Of a DNA stretch of 64,000 bases, positions 47,503-59,600 are shown piece after piece (the first letter of the stretch is position 1; every line of letters starts with the position of its first letter). The notes beneath the pieces are model-generated. The model had not been told where the DNA came from. It saw nothing but the letters and a program-made list of their open reading frames with translations, and searched no databases. The DNA is from Candidatus Altimarinota bacterium. Lineage in GTDB: Bacteria; Patescibacteriota; Gracilibacteria; UBA1369; GCA-2718715. The stretch lies in contig JBESAV010000001.1 in the NCBI GenBank assembly GCA_041242255.1, forward strand, positions 288,001 to 352,000. Direction: 5' to 3'. The position numbers were made by a program, and so were the translations under genes.

Positions 47503-48027
47503 TTATTCACCTTTATCAGCAATAGCTTGAAGTGTACCAACAAACTGTCGCATTGTACCGTGTAGAACACCGTGGAATCCTGAGATTGGAGCGTTGAGAC
47601 TTCCGACAAGACTCGCGTATAGTTCTGATCTGGTAGGAGTGTTTGCATATAAAACTGCTTTTTCTCTACCAAAAGCCTTACCTTCCATGATACCACCAGT
47701 AAGTGATAGTTGTTCATGGTCTTTAGCAAGACTATGGATTTGTTGTGGTCCAGATAAACCTTCATCGTAACTAAAAACAGCAGCAATAGGTCCTTCCATC
47801 ACATCATCTGGAATTTCAGAGACACCATTCTTGTCAGCTGCAAGCTTGATCAAAGTTTTCTTAGCCACAACAAGCTCAGCACCTTCTTCTCTAAGAGCGT
47901 TTCTAACTTTAGTAACGTCTTGAACTGAAAGTCCAGAGTATTGAGTGAAAAAAACAGATTTAGCATCCCCAAACTTTTGCTCTAGTGAGGCAAGAATTTC
48001 CTTTTTTCTATCTTTTGAGATAGCCAT
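47503..48027 (-). CDS. rplJ: 50S ribosomal protein L10
   Basis: YSGLSV, VAKKTL and GPIA; immediately upstream of rplL. Confidence 0.96.
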   Translation of the reverse strand: MAISKDRKKEILASLEQKFGDAKSVFFTQYSGLSVQDVTKVRNALREEGAELVVAKKTLIKLAADKNGVSEIPDDVMEGPIAAVFSYDEGLSGPQQIHSLAKDHEQLSLTGGIMEGKAFGREKAVLYANTPTRSELYASLVGSLNAPISGFHGVLHGTMRQFVGTLQAIADKGE

Positions 48028-48046
48028 GAGAAGCTAAATTAAAAAA

Positions 48047-48157
48047 TCTACTGTCGTAGACTTCCGAGTACCTGAGAAACAAATGTTTCCGGCCAGCCTT
48101 TAAACTTATCTCGGCAGGTTTTACAGCCCAAAGGGTCATACCTACTGTCTACGACGC
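48047..48157 (-). ncRNA. L10 leader (ribosomal protein autoregulatory RNA)
   Basis: Minus strand GTCGTAGACAGTAGGT...TAAAACCTGCCGAG...GTCTACGAC: L10-leader core with a closing long-range stem; TTGACG/TATATT promoter just upstream. Confidence 0.8.
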
Positions 48158-48273
48158 GGTCAATATATATACATTTGATTACCCCGTCAAGACTTATTCT
48201 TTTTCTTATAACCAAATACTTACTTTTACTACTAATTATGGTACAATATATAGATATTATTAATTTGGGATGA

Positions 48274-49569
48274 ATGACTGACCAAAATCTGACTCCAGAA
48301 AACAACAAGAAATCTCTGTTTAGTACCGAGAGTAAATCAGCTAATCAGGCCGATTTAAATGAGCTTGGTTTTGATTCATCGATTCAACAAGTAGAACAGG
48401 GGGCTCAACCCAAAAATCCAAAAGACTTCTTTAAGACAGACAACGATACGGTGATTAAGAACATAGTTGAAAACAAAATTAATCCCAATAAAAACAAATC
48501 ATTCACCGAAAGCAATAAAGATCTATTGGATGAATTCTCTGAAATAGATAAAAGGCTAAACCTCAAGATAGATTCCTTAGAGGTTATTCAGCAAAAAAAG
48601 AAAACCTCTAGGTTAATTTTTCTGATCTTATTAGTTTTTGCTGCTATTTCAATTACCGCAGCACTTTATTTTAATGGAGCATTCTCTGATCAAGATGTAG
48701 AAACTCCACTTGAACAAGCTCAAGCTCAGTTTTGGCAAATCAAATCTGAATTAGTCCTAAACCAAACTAAGCAAGCTTCTATTCTTATCAACCAGTTAGC
48801 ATTCCAAGCTTCAGAATTCCAAAAACTATACAATCAATCAATATCCGAGTTTGAGTCTTCAAGCAATCAAAACTCAGCTAAACAAGAGCTTCAATCTAAG
48901 CAAACTCAAATCAACCAAACTCTCACTGAGTTAAAAGATGTTTTATCAAAAGCACAGTCAAACTATGGAAGTAACGAAGAATTCCACGAAGCTTACGTAG
49001 AATATATAGCAAGCCAACTTGCCAATCTTGACCCAGAGGCAAATTCAGCAAGTCTTAGTTTACTTGAGTCAGAACAACTATTACGAGATAGCTCTAAGTT
49101 AGTTCGAAACCAAGATTTATTAGCTTCTATCAATCAAGCTAATCTTACTCAACAAACTCAAGCTGATCTTCTTGAAACTTTACGATCAATTTTTAGAACA
49201 ACCAACTTAAACTACGTGACAGACCTTGCAAACTTTACTTTAACAAGAATAGAGCTGACCAGAATTTTCTCTGAGTTATCCAAGATAGCAACCGAGTTCG
49301 ATCCTAATTTCTCACCATTCAATATTAGTGAGAATTCAATGATAAATTTCAATAACTACACAATCACCGCCAACAATACAGTAAGTGTAACTGCTGATAT
49401 TCAGACATCTGATCAAAATCTATTCTCGCTTGTAGCCAACCTTGATGATGCAATCAGTAATTCTCCACTATTTCAAAATATTTCTCGAACAACTTATTCC
49501 AAAAACCTTTCCCCAGAGGGGGAGTTCACCTCAAGCGTAAACTTAGACATTAATCTAGAAGAGCTATAA
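48274..49569 (+). CDS. PilN-like type IV pilus alignment protein (extended)
   Basis: Cytoplasmic N-terminus, single TM, long coiled-coil and a C-terminal alpha/beta domain; position before pilO/B/C. Confidence 0.55.
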   Translation: MTDQNLTPENNKKSLFSTESKSANQADLNELGFDSSIQQVEQGAQPKNPKDFFKTDNDTVIKNIVENKINPNKNKSFTESNKDLLDEFSEIDKRLNLKIDSLEVIQQKKKTSRLIFLILLVFAAISITAALYFNGAFSDQDVETPLEQAQAQFWQIKSELVLNQTKQASILINQLAFQASEFQKLYNQSISEFESSSNQNSAKQELQSKQTQINQTLTELKDVLSKAQSNYGSNEEFHEAYVEYIASQLANLDPEANSASLSLLESEQLLRDSSKLVRNQDLLASINQANLTQQTQADLLETLRSIFRTTNLNYVTDLANFTLTRIELTRIFSELSKIATEFDPNFSPFNISENSMINFNNYTITANNTVSVTADIQTSDQNLFSLVANLDDAISNSPLFQNISRTTYSKNLSPEGEFTSSVNLDINLEEL

Positions 49570-50174
49570 TGGCATTAGAAAAAGCACAAAAAGAAAGATT
49601 AGTTGCAATCATTTACACAGTTTCAGCTGTAGTACTTGGTTTAGTGGCAATTTTCATGCTGTTTTCAGCCTTTCAATCTGTCCAATCTCAAAGAAAGCAG
49701 ATTGAAGCCCTACAAGCTCAAGCTCAAACAACTCAAACAGAAATTCTCGAGCTTACCAGGCAGATTAAAACTTCAAAAGAAAGTGCGGAAGCTTTCATTC
49801 CATCTAACTTCGAAGAATTCTTCAATCCTGATACATCTAATAGTCAACTCACAAGAATGTTTGATGAATTAGAAACAAGATACCAGTCAAATGGCCAAAC
49901 TTTCTTAATAAACTCAATCAGTTATGGACAAGCCACATCTTCAGATGAGTCTCAGACTCAAGCCGTAAGAGCTAATCTATCTCTATCAACCTCTCAGGAA
50001 AATCTTTTAACATTCCTTAGGGATATCGAAAAGACTAGTCTTTCCCCTGAAGAAGCCTTTTATTACTTGGATCCTCAATCACTGAATTTTTCAAATGTAA
50101 CTGCCGATACCATTGGAGAAGAAATCAGTGTTGATCTACAAGTAGATATATTACTCAGAAAAAACAATGGATAA
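49569..50174 (+). CDS. PilO-like type IV pilus protein
   Basis: N-terminal TM, coiled-coil and NLLTFLRDIE motif; operon context. Confidence 0.6.
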   Translation: MALEKAQKERLVAIIYTVSAVVLGLVAIFMLFSAFQSVQSQRKQIEALQAQAQTTQTEILELTRQIKTSKESAEAFIPSNFEEFFNPDTSNSQLTRMFDELETRYQSNGQTFLINSISYGQATSSDESQTQAVRANLSLSTSQENLLTFLRDIEKTSLSPEEAFYYLDPQSLNFSNVTADTIGEEISVDLQVDILLRKNNG

Positions 50175-51660
50175 TCAAAACTTTAATCAGTCTCAGCAAG
50201 CTCAAAGTCCAGCTAACCCTGGGTTGACACCTCCTACACCACCTTCTCTTCAACCTACACAACCAAACCCACAGTCAGCCCAACCAAATCAACCTGATCC
50301 CCAACCTCAAATGCCTCAACCACAGCCAGTTTCTCAGCAGGCTCAAGCTCAACAATCTCCAGCCCCTAGCCAACCTCAACCACAAAAACCAATCCCAGTT
50401 CAAGATTCCCTGGAGGATAATCCTAAGTTTAATGATCTTAAAAGAGCTATTTTAAGTAACAATGTCCCACAAATAGTCCTTTTGATAATAAGTTTAGCCT
50501 TAGACCTCAGAGCATCTGATATCCACATAGAGCCACTGGAAGATATTGTTCGGATTAGATATAGAGTAGATGGAGTACTTCAAAAAATCGTTGAATACCC
50601 AATGAATGTGCATCCAGCAGTAGTTTCCAGAATTAAGATCATGTCTAGTCTTAAGATAGATGAGTCTCGTATTCCACAAGATGGACGTACCAATGTGACT
50701 ACTCAAGATGGTAGAGAGATGGATTTAAGGGTCTCAACTTTCCCAACAGTAAATACTGAAAAGATCGTGATGCGTATCCAAGATAAATCCCGTGAAATTC
50801 CACAACTAGAAAAACTAGGTATTACAGGTAATAGTCTTAAGTTCCTAAACAGAGCTCTAAAAATGCCAAATGGTATTATCCTAACGTCTGGTCCAACCGG
50901 TTCAGGTAAAACTACCACATTATATGCTTGTTTAACCAAGCTTAATAAAGTCGGAGTAAATATCCTTACAATTGAAGATCCAGTTGAGATTCAGCTTGAT
51001 GGTTTAAATCAATCTCAGGTGAAAAGTGATATTGGGTATAAGTTTTCAACCGGTCTAAGGTCGGCTTTACGTCAGGATCCAGATATCATGATGGTAGGGG
51101 AGATTCGTGATAAAGAAACTATAAACGTAGCAATCGAGTCAGCTCTTACAGGTCATTTGGTCTTCTCAACTATTCATACCAATAGTGCCGTAGAAACTCT
51201 TACTCGTATTCTAAATATGGGAGTTCCAGCTTATTTAATAGCTTCAACAGTCGATACTATCATCGCTCAAAGATTGGTCCGACTACTCGATCCAGAAACA
51301 AGAGTTGTTGATACTCCTTCAGCCGAAGTTCTAGAAGCAGCTAAGAAAGCAATCGAAACCCTTCCAGACTCAGAAAAAGCTAATTATCCAAACATTGATT
51401 TTGAAAACCCAGTTTTCTATAAACCAGACCCAAGACTTCCAGATGGAAAGGGTTATAAGGGAAGAGTTGGTCTATACGAGATAATGTCCTTTAATCAAAG
51501 ACTCAAAAACGCTGTCTTGCAAGGGAAAAACACTCTTGAAATTCAGCAAATCGCCCAGGAAGAAGGTATGGTTACTTTAGAGCAATCCGGAGTTATCAGA
51601 GCTCTAGAAGGTAAGACCTCTCTTAGTGAAGTTTACCGTGTAGCTAACCAATCTGACTGA
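50167..51660 (+). CDS. pilB: type IV pilus assembly ATPase (PilB/GspE)
   Basis: ASDIHIEP, PQDGR, GPTGSGKTTTLY, TIEDPVE, LRQDPD, GEIRD and TGHLVFSTIH. Confidence 0.93.
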   Translation: MDNQNFNQSQQAQSPANPGLTPPTPPSLQPTQPNPQSAQPNQPDPQPQMPQPQPVSQQAQAQQSPAPSQPQPQKPIPVQDSLEDNPKFNDLKRAILSNNVPQIVLLIISLALDLRASDIHIEPLEDIVRIRYRVDGVLQKIVEYPMNVHPAVVSRIKIMSSLKIDESRIPQDGRTNVTTQDGREMDLRVSTFPTVNTEKIVMRIQDKSREIPQLEKLGITGNSLKFLNRALKMPNGIILTSGPTGSGKTTTLYACLTKLNKVGVNILTIEDPVEIQLDGLNQSQVKSDIGYKFSTGLRSALRQDPDIMMVGEIRDKETINVAIESALTGHLVFSTIHTNSAVETLTRILNMGVPAYLIASTVDTIIAQRLVRLLDPETRVVDTPSAEVLEAAKKAIETLPDSEKANYPNIDFENPVFYKPDPRLPDGKGYKGRVGLYEIMSFNQRLKNAVLQGKNTLEIQQIAQEEGMVTLEQSGVIRALEGKTSLSEVYRVANQSD

Positions 51661-52931
51661 TGAAAAAAGCTAAAGATTTTAGTCTTAAAGAAGCAACCCA
51701 AAGGAACACCTTCCAAATAGAAGGTCTTTCAGACGAAAAAATTGCTAAAGCAAAAAAAGACGAGATTTTTTTAGAAATAGTCGATGACCAAGAATTAGCT
51801 GCAGGCTTTCTAAAAGACAAAGGTCGATCAGAAACTCAGAATTTTTTCCAATCAAAGTTCGGGATAGATTTAAATAAATTCCTAAAAAGAGGAATTCCGA
51901 TCAAAGATAAAAGTATTTTCTACGAACTTATTTCAACCATGCTAACCGCAGGTATATCCATTATTCAAGCTATCAAAATTTTCTCTGACCAAACAACTAA
52001 TAAATATTTCAAAAAAGTAACTCAAGAAATTGCCCAAAAATTAGAAACCGGTAAAAGTTTCTCCGAAACTTTAAATGATTATCAACATATCTTCTCAGAG
52101 TCTGAAATAGGAATGGTAAGTTCAGGAGAGGTAACTGGTAAACTAAATGAAGTCCTAAAAAGACTATCCAAGGAGCTAGAAGAGGGAGTTGAACTTAGAG
52201 CAAAGATAAGATCAGCTTTAATCTATCCGGTTATAGTTTTTGTGTTTGTTATACTTACGGTATATGCAATGTTACGGTTTGTAATACCTCAGATCAAAGA
52301 GTTATTCTCTACTACAGGCCTTGAGCTACCTGCAATCACAGAATTCTTAATTTTAGTCAGTGATATTGTCATCAATAACACATTCTTTGCTGGGGTTACC
52401 TTAGCTATCCTAGCGGCATTCATAGTTTTAACCTATTCGAATCCCAAAACCAGGTTTTATTATCATTTATTATTTTTAAAGATTCCTGTTCTCAAAGATT
52501 TCTTACATTATATAAACCAAGCAAAATTTTCTAGAAACATTTCCAACCTCCTAAACGCTGGAGTTTCAGTGATAGACTCTTTAGTGATTACCTCAAAAGG
52601 TCTATCAAACCTTGTTTACAGGCAGAGGGTATACTTAACCTCAAAAGATGTAGCTCAAGGTATAACAATATCTGAAAGTATACAGGATTCCCCACTTTTC
52701 TCTGGGCTAACCACTAATATGATTGCCATTGGAGAAAGAACCGCTCAAATAGACGATCTAGCAGCTAAAATATCCAAATACTATGATATGAAGACCAAAG
52801 AAATGGCTGAAAATTTCTCAAAACTTATCCAGCCATTTATAATACTTTTTGTAGGTACTCTAGTTGGAGTTGTAGTACTTGCCATTATGCTTCCAATGAC
52901 AGAACTTCTAAGTGGAATTGACTCACTGTAG
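51660..52931 (+). CDS. pilC: type IV pilus platform protein (PilC/GspF)
   Basis: Two T2SSF domains (GEVTGKL, IGERTAQ), ALIYP and three TM segments. Confidence 0.92.
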   Translation: MKKAKDFSLKEATQRNTFQIEGLSDEKIAKAKKDEIFLEIVDDQELAAGFLKDKGRSETQNFFQSKFGIDLNKFLKRGIPIKDKSIFYELISTMLTAGISIIQAIKIFSDQTTNKYFKKVTQEIAQKLETGKSFSETLNDYQHIFSESEIGMVSSGEVTGKLNEVLKRLSKELEEGVELRAKIRSALIYPVIVFVFVILTVYAMLRFVIPQIKELFSTTGLELPAITEFLILVSDIVINNTFFAGVTLAILAAFIVLTYSNPKTRFYYHLLFLKIPVLKDFLHYINQAKFSRNISNLLNAGVSVIDSLVITSKGLSNLVYRQRVYLTSKDVAQGITISESIQDSPLFSGLTTNMIAIGERTAQIDDLAAKISKYYDMKTKEMAENFSKLIQPFIILFVGTLVGVVVLAIMLPMTELLSGIDSL

Positions 52932-52989
52932 TGTTGCTAAAAAGCTAGAAATAGTTTATAATAATAAGATAAATAATTAACATTAATTT

Positions 52990-53490
52990 ATGAACATGCC
53001 TATCAAAAAAGGTTTCACGCTTATCGAGCTACTTATTGTAGTAGCAATCATCGGTATCCTTGCCGTTGCACTTGTACCAACAATTACAGATGCACCAGCC
53101 AGAGCAAGAGATGCAGCTAGAAAAGCTGCTGTTAACAGTATCCTTTCATCACTTGAGTCATACAACATCGACAACGGAAGATATCCAAATGGAAACTTCT
53201 GTATTGATGAAACTCTAGTAGTAGCTACTCCTTCTAGTGATGGGGAAGAGTTGGTTACTGATTACCTAAATGGAAACCCACCTTCTCAAGTAGCTCCAGC
53301 TTCTGCAACAATTTGTTCAGATGGTTCTAACTCTTACGTTAGGTACGAAGGAGATGGAACTTCATATACAGTTTACATGGAGTTAGAGAATGACGGTAAT
53401 AACAGTGTGAATTATACAGCTTCAGGGTCTAATACATTAGAGGCTTCAGGAACAGCAACGAATACTGAAGTTTTCGCAGTAGAAAGATAA
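52990..53490 (+). CDS. type IV pilin
   Basis: Class III signal KKG/FTLIELLIVVAIIGIL, ARARDAARK and a Cys pair. Confidence 0.93.
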   Translation: MNMPIKKGFTLIELLIVVAIIGILAVALVPTITDAPARARDAARKAAVNSILSSLESYNIDNGRYPNGNFCIDETLVVATPSSDGEELVTDYLNGNPPSQVAPASATICSDGSNSYVRYEGDGTSYTVYMELENDGNNSVNYTASGSNTLEASGTATNTEVFAVER

Positions 53491-53516
53491 TCTAAAACTC
53501 AAACTTAAGAACAATT

Positions 53517-53540
53517 AGACCCCAAACTGGGGTCTTTTTT
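53517..53540 (+). terminator. rho-independent terminator
   Basis: AGACCCCA-AAC-TGGGGTCT-TTTTT. Confidence 0.85.
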
Positions 53541-53666
53541 AATAAATAAAACAAAATACGCTCTTCGCAAGCGGAAAGGCCTTTGATTAGACGAAAAACA
53601 CCTATTTGTATAACTAGATCTTTCCACTTTTGCTATAATATAATGATACTTAAAAATTATCACATT

Positions 53667-56600
53667 TTGTCTAAGTTCAAGTTAAAGAAAGCATTGCACG
53701 GCCTAAGCGATACATACTTCAAGAAAAGTATTATTGGTGTACTCCTTGTTGCCATGATTTTACAAGCTTTTTACTTAGATCCATTACAGGTTGGAACTAT
53801 GAATGCTAGCCTTCAGGCAACTGCTTCCATTTATTCTGATCAAGCTCCATCTAACTTAGTACTTATCCTTGTAGAGAAAGATCTTTTTGAAGATCAAGAT
53901 GATTATACCAATCAGTACACTGAAAACTATTCAGAAGTTTCAAGTTCTTCAATTCAGGAAAGAATTGAGAGATACGCCAGAGACATCCAAAGATCCAGTT
54001 ATTTTCAAGAGTCAGATCTAGACACTGAGGTTACTATCATACCAGTTAGCCAGTTTCAGGCTCCAGCTGAAATTGCTTCCTTATTGAAGCAAGCTTACCA
54101 CCAAAACCTAGATCAATTAGAAGATTCACAGCTTTCAGGGGTAGTACTTATGGGAGAAGTGCCTTTACCAGTAGTGAATAAGTCTGGAAACCTATTCACA
54201 TCCCTTTATCCATATACTGATTTTGAGGATCCTTCATTTGTATTAGATAACCAAAACCAGTACTTCATTCCAACTCAAGTAAATAACCCAATCCCTGAGG
54301 TTTGGCATGGTGTAATTAACTTAGATTCTCCCCAAGCAATTTCTGAGTACTTAGATAAAAACCACTTATACTACGAAGGAGTAGAAGATTTCCAAGACTT
54401 CGATCAAAGTATTTTTTTCTCAGAGCCAGTTCACGATGCCAGTTCTTTCAATCAAGATCTTTACTCATCCTACCTGACTTACACAAGTGTGATAGAAGAG
54501 TTCGCCTACAATAGGTTCAGCAGAAAGCTCTTGGATTTCTTAGGACAAAACTCAAGTGGTTTCGTGGCAGAGGCAATTCGAGCCGGACAATCCAACCAGT
54601 CAGATCAGATAAAAGTCCCAGATATTTTCACTAGGTCCAATATAGAGAAGTTTGTTACCCCACTGACAGATGTTTTCACTGTAGCCTTAAGAGATCAAAG
54701 AGATGCTCTTCTCTCAACTGGAAGATATCAAGATTCCCAATATAATTCAGGCTTACTAGGTATCGCCAAGCTAGATGAGCTATCTTCACTATACCTTAAA
54801 GAAGTTAATCAAATTTTAGAAAATGAGATCGATGATATTTTAGATGATATCCAGCAAGACATTAACCTAGTTCAAGGTGCCCGACTAACTCCAGTTTTAC
54901 AGTTTGAAAATCAAGACGGTGACATTGTAGACCAACAACTAGATCCAATCTACTTCGTAAATCACTCCAGACAAGGAGACCTACTTCAACTTTATCTAAA
55001 TCTGGTACCAGGTTTAGCTCAATCTACTGCAAACCTACCAACTGATGAAATCCTTGATATCTTATTCGCTAACCCGAATAGCCCACTCGGACAAGAAGAT
55101 CTTATCCAAAATGCCACTTTGAAGATTAATGGAACAAGGTTTCAAGATATAAACACTCCCGCTCAATGTAGACTTTTCAGGGGAGGAGGTACTACAAACC
55201 CACTTGATAAAACAGTTAGAACTCATAGGGGGCTAGTCATAGATCGAGACCCAGAAAGCCCACAAACAGAAGTTTGTTACAATCCATTTGATCCTGATGA
55301 TCCAGAAGAAACATGGACAAAGGTAGACAGATCTCCAGGTTTACTTAATCTAAGGGATAACGTTTACAAATGTACTACTTTTGCCGGTAGAGATCTTCAA
55401 GATTTCCATAGAATGGACGAAGTTCAGCTTGATTATCAAAGCCCATTAACAGCACAAAGCTGTAATGGAATGAGAACAACACAAGACTATCTTGACCTTT
55501 TAAAAGTTGAATACGCAAGGACAGATTCAGAAGCTGAATTAAATCAAGCTATTCAAGAACTTAATTCAATTCCAAATTACCAAGATTTAACTTTAGCCAC
55601 ATACCAAGGCCAGACAATCACACTTGGCCAATTCTTATCAATACTTCCAACTTACAGGTCAGTCCAATTAACCCAAAATCAATCATTTGATTGGCACGCT
55701 TTCAGCTCGCAGATCTTAGCCAACCCAGTTAGGAATGAATTTTCAGTAAATTTACAGAGCACTGCTAACCCTGAGCTTAGATCACTAAGGCTAGAGGTTC
55801 AGCAGTACCAAACCAGCAAAAACATACCAAGTTTAGTTAAACATGCTGACCCAACTCCAGGAATCATATCAAATGCATATGATGCTATTAATCCTGATCT
55901 CCCAATCAATGCAACCAGGTATGTAACCTTCATGGACAAAAATGGTGAATCCCAAGAACTAGTGTATCCAAATCTTTTCAAGGCAGATTCTTATGCCGAT
56001 TTCTTACAAGATGTTTCCCAGTTAGAGTCAGCTCTAACTAGGTTATCTAAAACCAACCAAGATTATACAGGCAGGCTAACTAATCTAATCTCGTTACCAC
56101 AAGATCAGTATCAATCTGATCAACTAGTGGGAGCAAACAGTGCTAAAGTAGAGTATTTCACCAATTGGCTAACATATGACCTAAATCAGAAATACGAACA
56201 AGCTCATTCTCTTATCTTATCAAAGGATAGACCTTTTACCCTAAATAATTTCTCAGACAGCTTTGAAATAACTCATTTAACAGGTAATACCACTAATTCA
56301 AATTTAGATTTCAACATCTTAGATTTTACCGACTTCGATCAAATCTTACCTCCGGAAGACTCATTAGAAGGACAACACAAAGCTCAGACCCAAGAAGAGT
56401 TAATTCAATCACAACAGTCAGCGGCTGATGATTCAATAGATTTATTTACTTATTTTACTGATTATCTTCCGTCATGGTATGAAGAGCAGCAAAGTCGAAT
56501 TTCTCAGATCATCAGTCCTGAAAAACCTGAAATATCAACTGCCGACGAACTTTTCGGATCTGAAGACGTTACTCCAGATTTAGTTCAGGTAACAGCATCT

Positions 56601-59600
56601 TCTGTAGTACCAACAACTTCATCGCCTCTCGAGCTTAATTTAACCCTAGTTAATCAGGAAGGTATCAAGTCACTCCAATCAATATCACAAACAGTAACTT
56701 CAAATTTGCCTCAAAGTACTCAGGATCAACTTGATCAAGACCCAGAGACCCCAGGGGTGCAAGTGAACTATTTCTCAGGGGAGTCCACAATCGTATTCGA
56801 GGTCGATCAACCAGGTGACTATACAATTACATTCCCAACAAACAGTTATAGTTTCTCAATATACGAAGACCCACAGTTAAACATCGATCTATCTCAGAGC
56901 ACAACCCAAGCCTCTCCCGATTCCGAGATAGAAGTCTCAATAACACTACAAGAGGGAGGACAACTAATTAACTTCCCAAAACCAACTCTCAGTCTAGATA
57001 CTACTACCACAAGGTCCTCCCTGGTTTATACAGGCGATTCACCTTCAGGTGATACTGTCCACACATACACTTTAACGCCAGGTACTAAATCAGGTCAGAT
57101 AAACTTATCAACTTCTTTGCCAGCTATGTCAGTAGCTCCAGCAGGTACTTCCCTAACAGTAAGTCCAGCTGACCCAGCTAAAGTTAAATTCACAAATTCA
57201 AAAACGAAAATAAACTCAACCTCAACCACTGAAGTGGAAGCAGTCATCGTAGATGAATATGACAACCCAATCCTTCAAAACTTTCAAAACCTCCAGATCC
57301 AATACGATCAAACTTCTAGCCTTCAGATCTTCCCTCAAGAGGTAGACTTCAACCTAGGAAAGGCTACCTTACAGTTCCAAGCACAACCTTTGAGCTTCGG
57401 AAATATATTTTTCCAGATAACAGATGGCTCTAGTCTCCAAGGATTCCATCAGCTCCAAATCTCTTCTCAACTTAGTTTAGACAGAGTTGGTCCAGATTTG
57501 AATTCTTTGATTTTTAACTCATTTACCTCAACTCCACAGCTTCAAAATGAAGCTTATAGATCAATTTTTACTGATTCGAAAGTTCAAGCCTCTTCAACCC
57601 TCACTACATCCCTTGATGATACCCTTCCTTATCTATACATCCACCCTAGTGGAGGAGTCTTACAGCCAAGCCCTGATTTAGTTTCATCTCAGACGACTTT
57701 CCAGTCAGGTGTATTTACAACAATTTTCAATGATAATCAAAACCAACAAATTGTTGAATTATCCACAAATCTAAGTAATAAAATTTTATCCAATCAAGCT
57801 CAGCCTGATCAAATAAACTTCACTTCACTAAATCCAAATTTAGAACTAACCGAAACAAACATATCTTTACAAGGACAGAATCTTGTAGAAATAAACCCAA
57901 ACCAAACCATTCAGTCAATCAATGAACAGGTTTACCTTCAGATAGTCGACAACACCTACTACTCAGTCAATCTTATCTATCAAGGGCAGGCCTTCGCAAA
58001 CCTTACTTTCCAGCCAACCTCTTCTAATGAGGTCACTATAAAGCCAAACAGCCGAAACCCAAATCTAGAGTACAAACTCCAGACAACACTACCATCTTCC
58101 TCCCAGCCTTTAGGTTACAAATTTTATAATCCTAAAGTTCTTCTCGATTCATCTCAATTGCCATCTAGTTTCGATGTGCGATCACATGACTCACTCGAAA
58201 CTCCACAAGTTGGATTAGTTCAAGGATCTAAGCTTTTACATTTGTTGTCTTCAGGAACACCTATCGGTGAGGCAAATCGCCCTCACTTATCAGAAGCAGG
58301 GATAGTTCTAGGTGATCCATTAATTTCCTTACCAAAACTCAACAATTCATCACTTTCAAACATGAACTTTGATGAGACAATAGGCCAATTCGTATCTAGA
58401 AAAAGCGACTCACAACTAGTAGATATATTATCCCTACCAGAATCCAATAAAACAGTTATAGCCTATCAAGACGGTACAGTTGGGCTCCTCGACAATGAAA
58501 CGCTTCGGTACTTACCAGAGTTTCTCAATGTTCCTAACGGAATCAAATCACTCCATGTCGCTAACTTCCAAAACAACCAAGAAACAATAGTCTTCCTAAC
58601 TGATCAAGAGTGTGTTCAAGGAGATAGCTGTATCTATGTCTTTAATGACTTCACTCAAGATTCTAAAACCGGTCAGACTCAGCTAGTATCTCCAAATCTA
58701 AGTTCTCAAGATGGGTATGAGCTAGACCGAAACAATCTATCAACCCTAAATCGTCTAGACCTCAATCTAAGCACAAAAGTATCCCAGATCTTAATCCAAG
58801 ACATGAATAATGATGATCTTGATGACCTTATCTTAGAGGCAGAAGATCAGATACTATATCTTTTCTGGAACCAAGAGGGCCAAATTTTACCAACCCCAAA
58901 TGCCTTGGGTCATACTCGTATCCCTTTCCAAGAAGAAGAATACTTACTACAAAAAATCCTTATAAATAACATCAGCACTCCTCAAGAACCTACAGCCACT
59001 TTAAGTATTCCAACAAATCCAAGCCAAACTACAACGACTTTCCAAACTCCATCTGGCCCAATCCAATCTAATCAGATCCAGGAAAGCCAAGCCTTAGATT
59101 TTTATAATTTATCAAGCTTAGCCTCCTTGCAAAACTCAACAGCTAGAGTTAGAGATATAGACGGAAACACCCTTGAGTCAGGTGATATACTCGAATACAC
59201 AATCACTCTCAACAACTCATCAACTACCTCATATCAAAATCTCAAGCTAAGCGTCCCAATTCCATCAAATCAAGTTTTAACAACTTCAAGTTTAAATCCA
59301 TCTTCAGCAAGTTTTATCCAAACAACCAACCAATCAAATCGTAAAACTCTTATTTCAGGAATCAACTTAGCAAGCCAGGGGACAACTATAGTTTCATTCC
59401 GAACAACCTACCAAAGGCCAACCACTTCAGATCAATCAATTATCAAGGTTAATCAACCAGAACAAGAAAATATATTACCTGTCCAAGACGGCTACCCAGA
59501 TCTCAAAATCCTTCTTCCTGAGTCAGATTCAATAACCTATTTCTATTCAGATTATGATTCATCTAACAATGTCTTATCTTTCCGAAGGTTCGACCAACAA

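Noticed and set aside
48048-48308. 86-aa ORF upstream of rplJ
   Set aside because: It overlaps the L10 leader, two promoters and the start of the pilN-like gene; the region is better explained as regulatory RNA.
53541-53630. Possible riboswitch or sRNA between the pilin gene and the giant gene (CTTCGCAAGCGGAAAG)
   Set aside because: Only a weak short hairpin; it lies upstream of the predicted promoter and matches no riboswitch consensus I recognise, including c-di-GMP.
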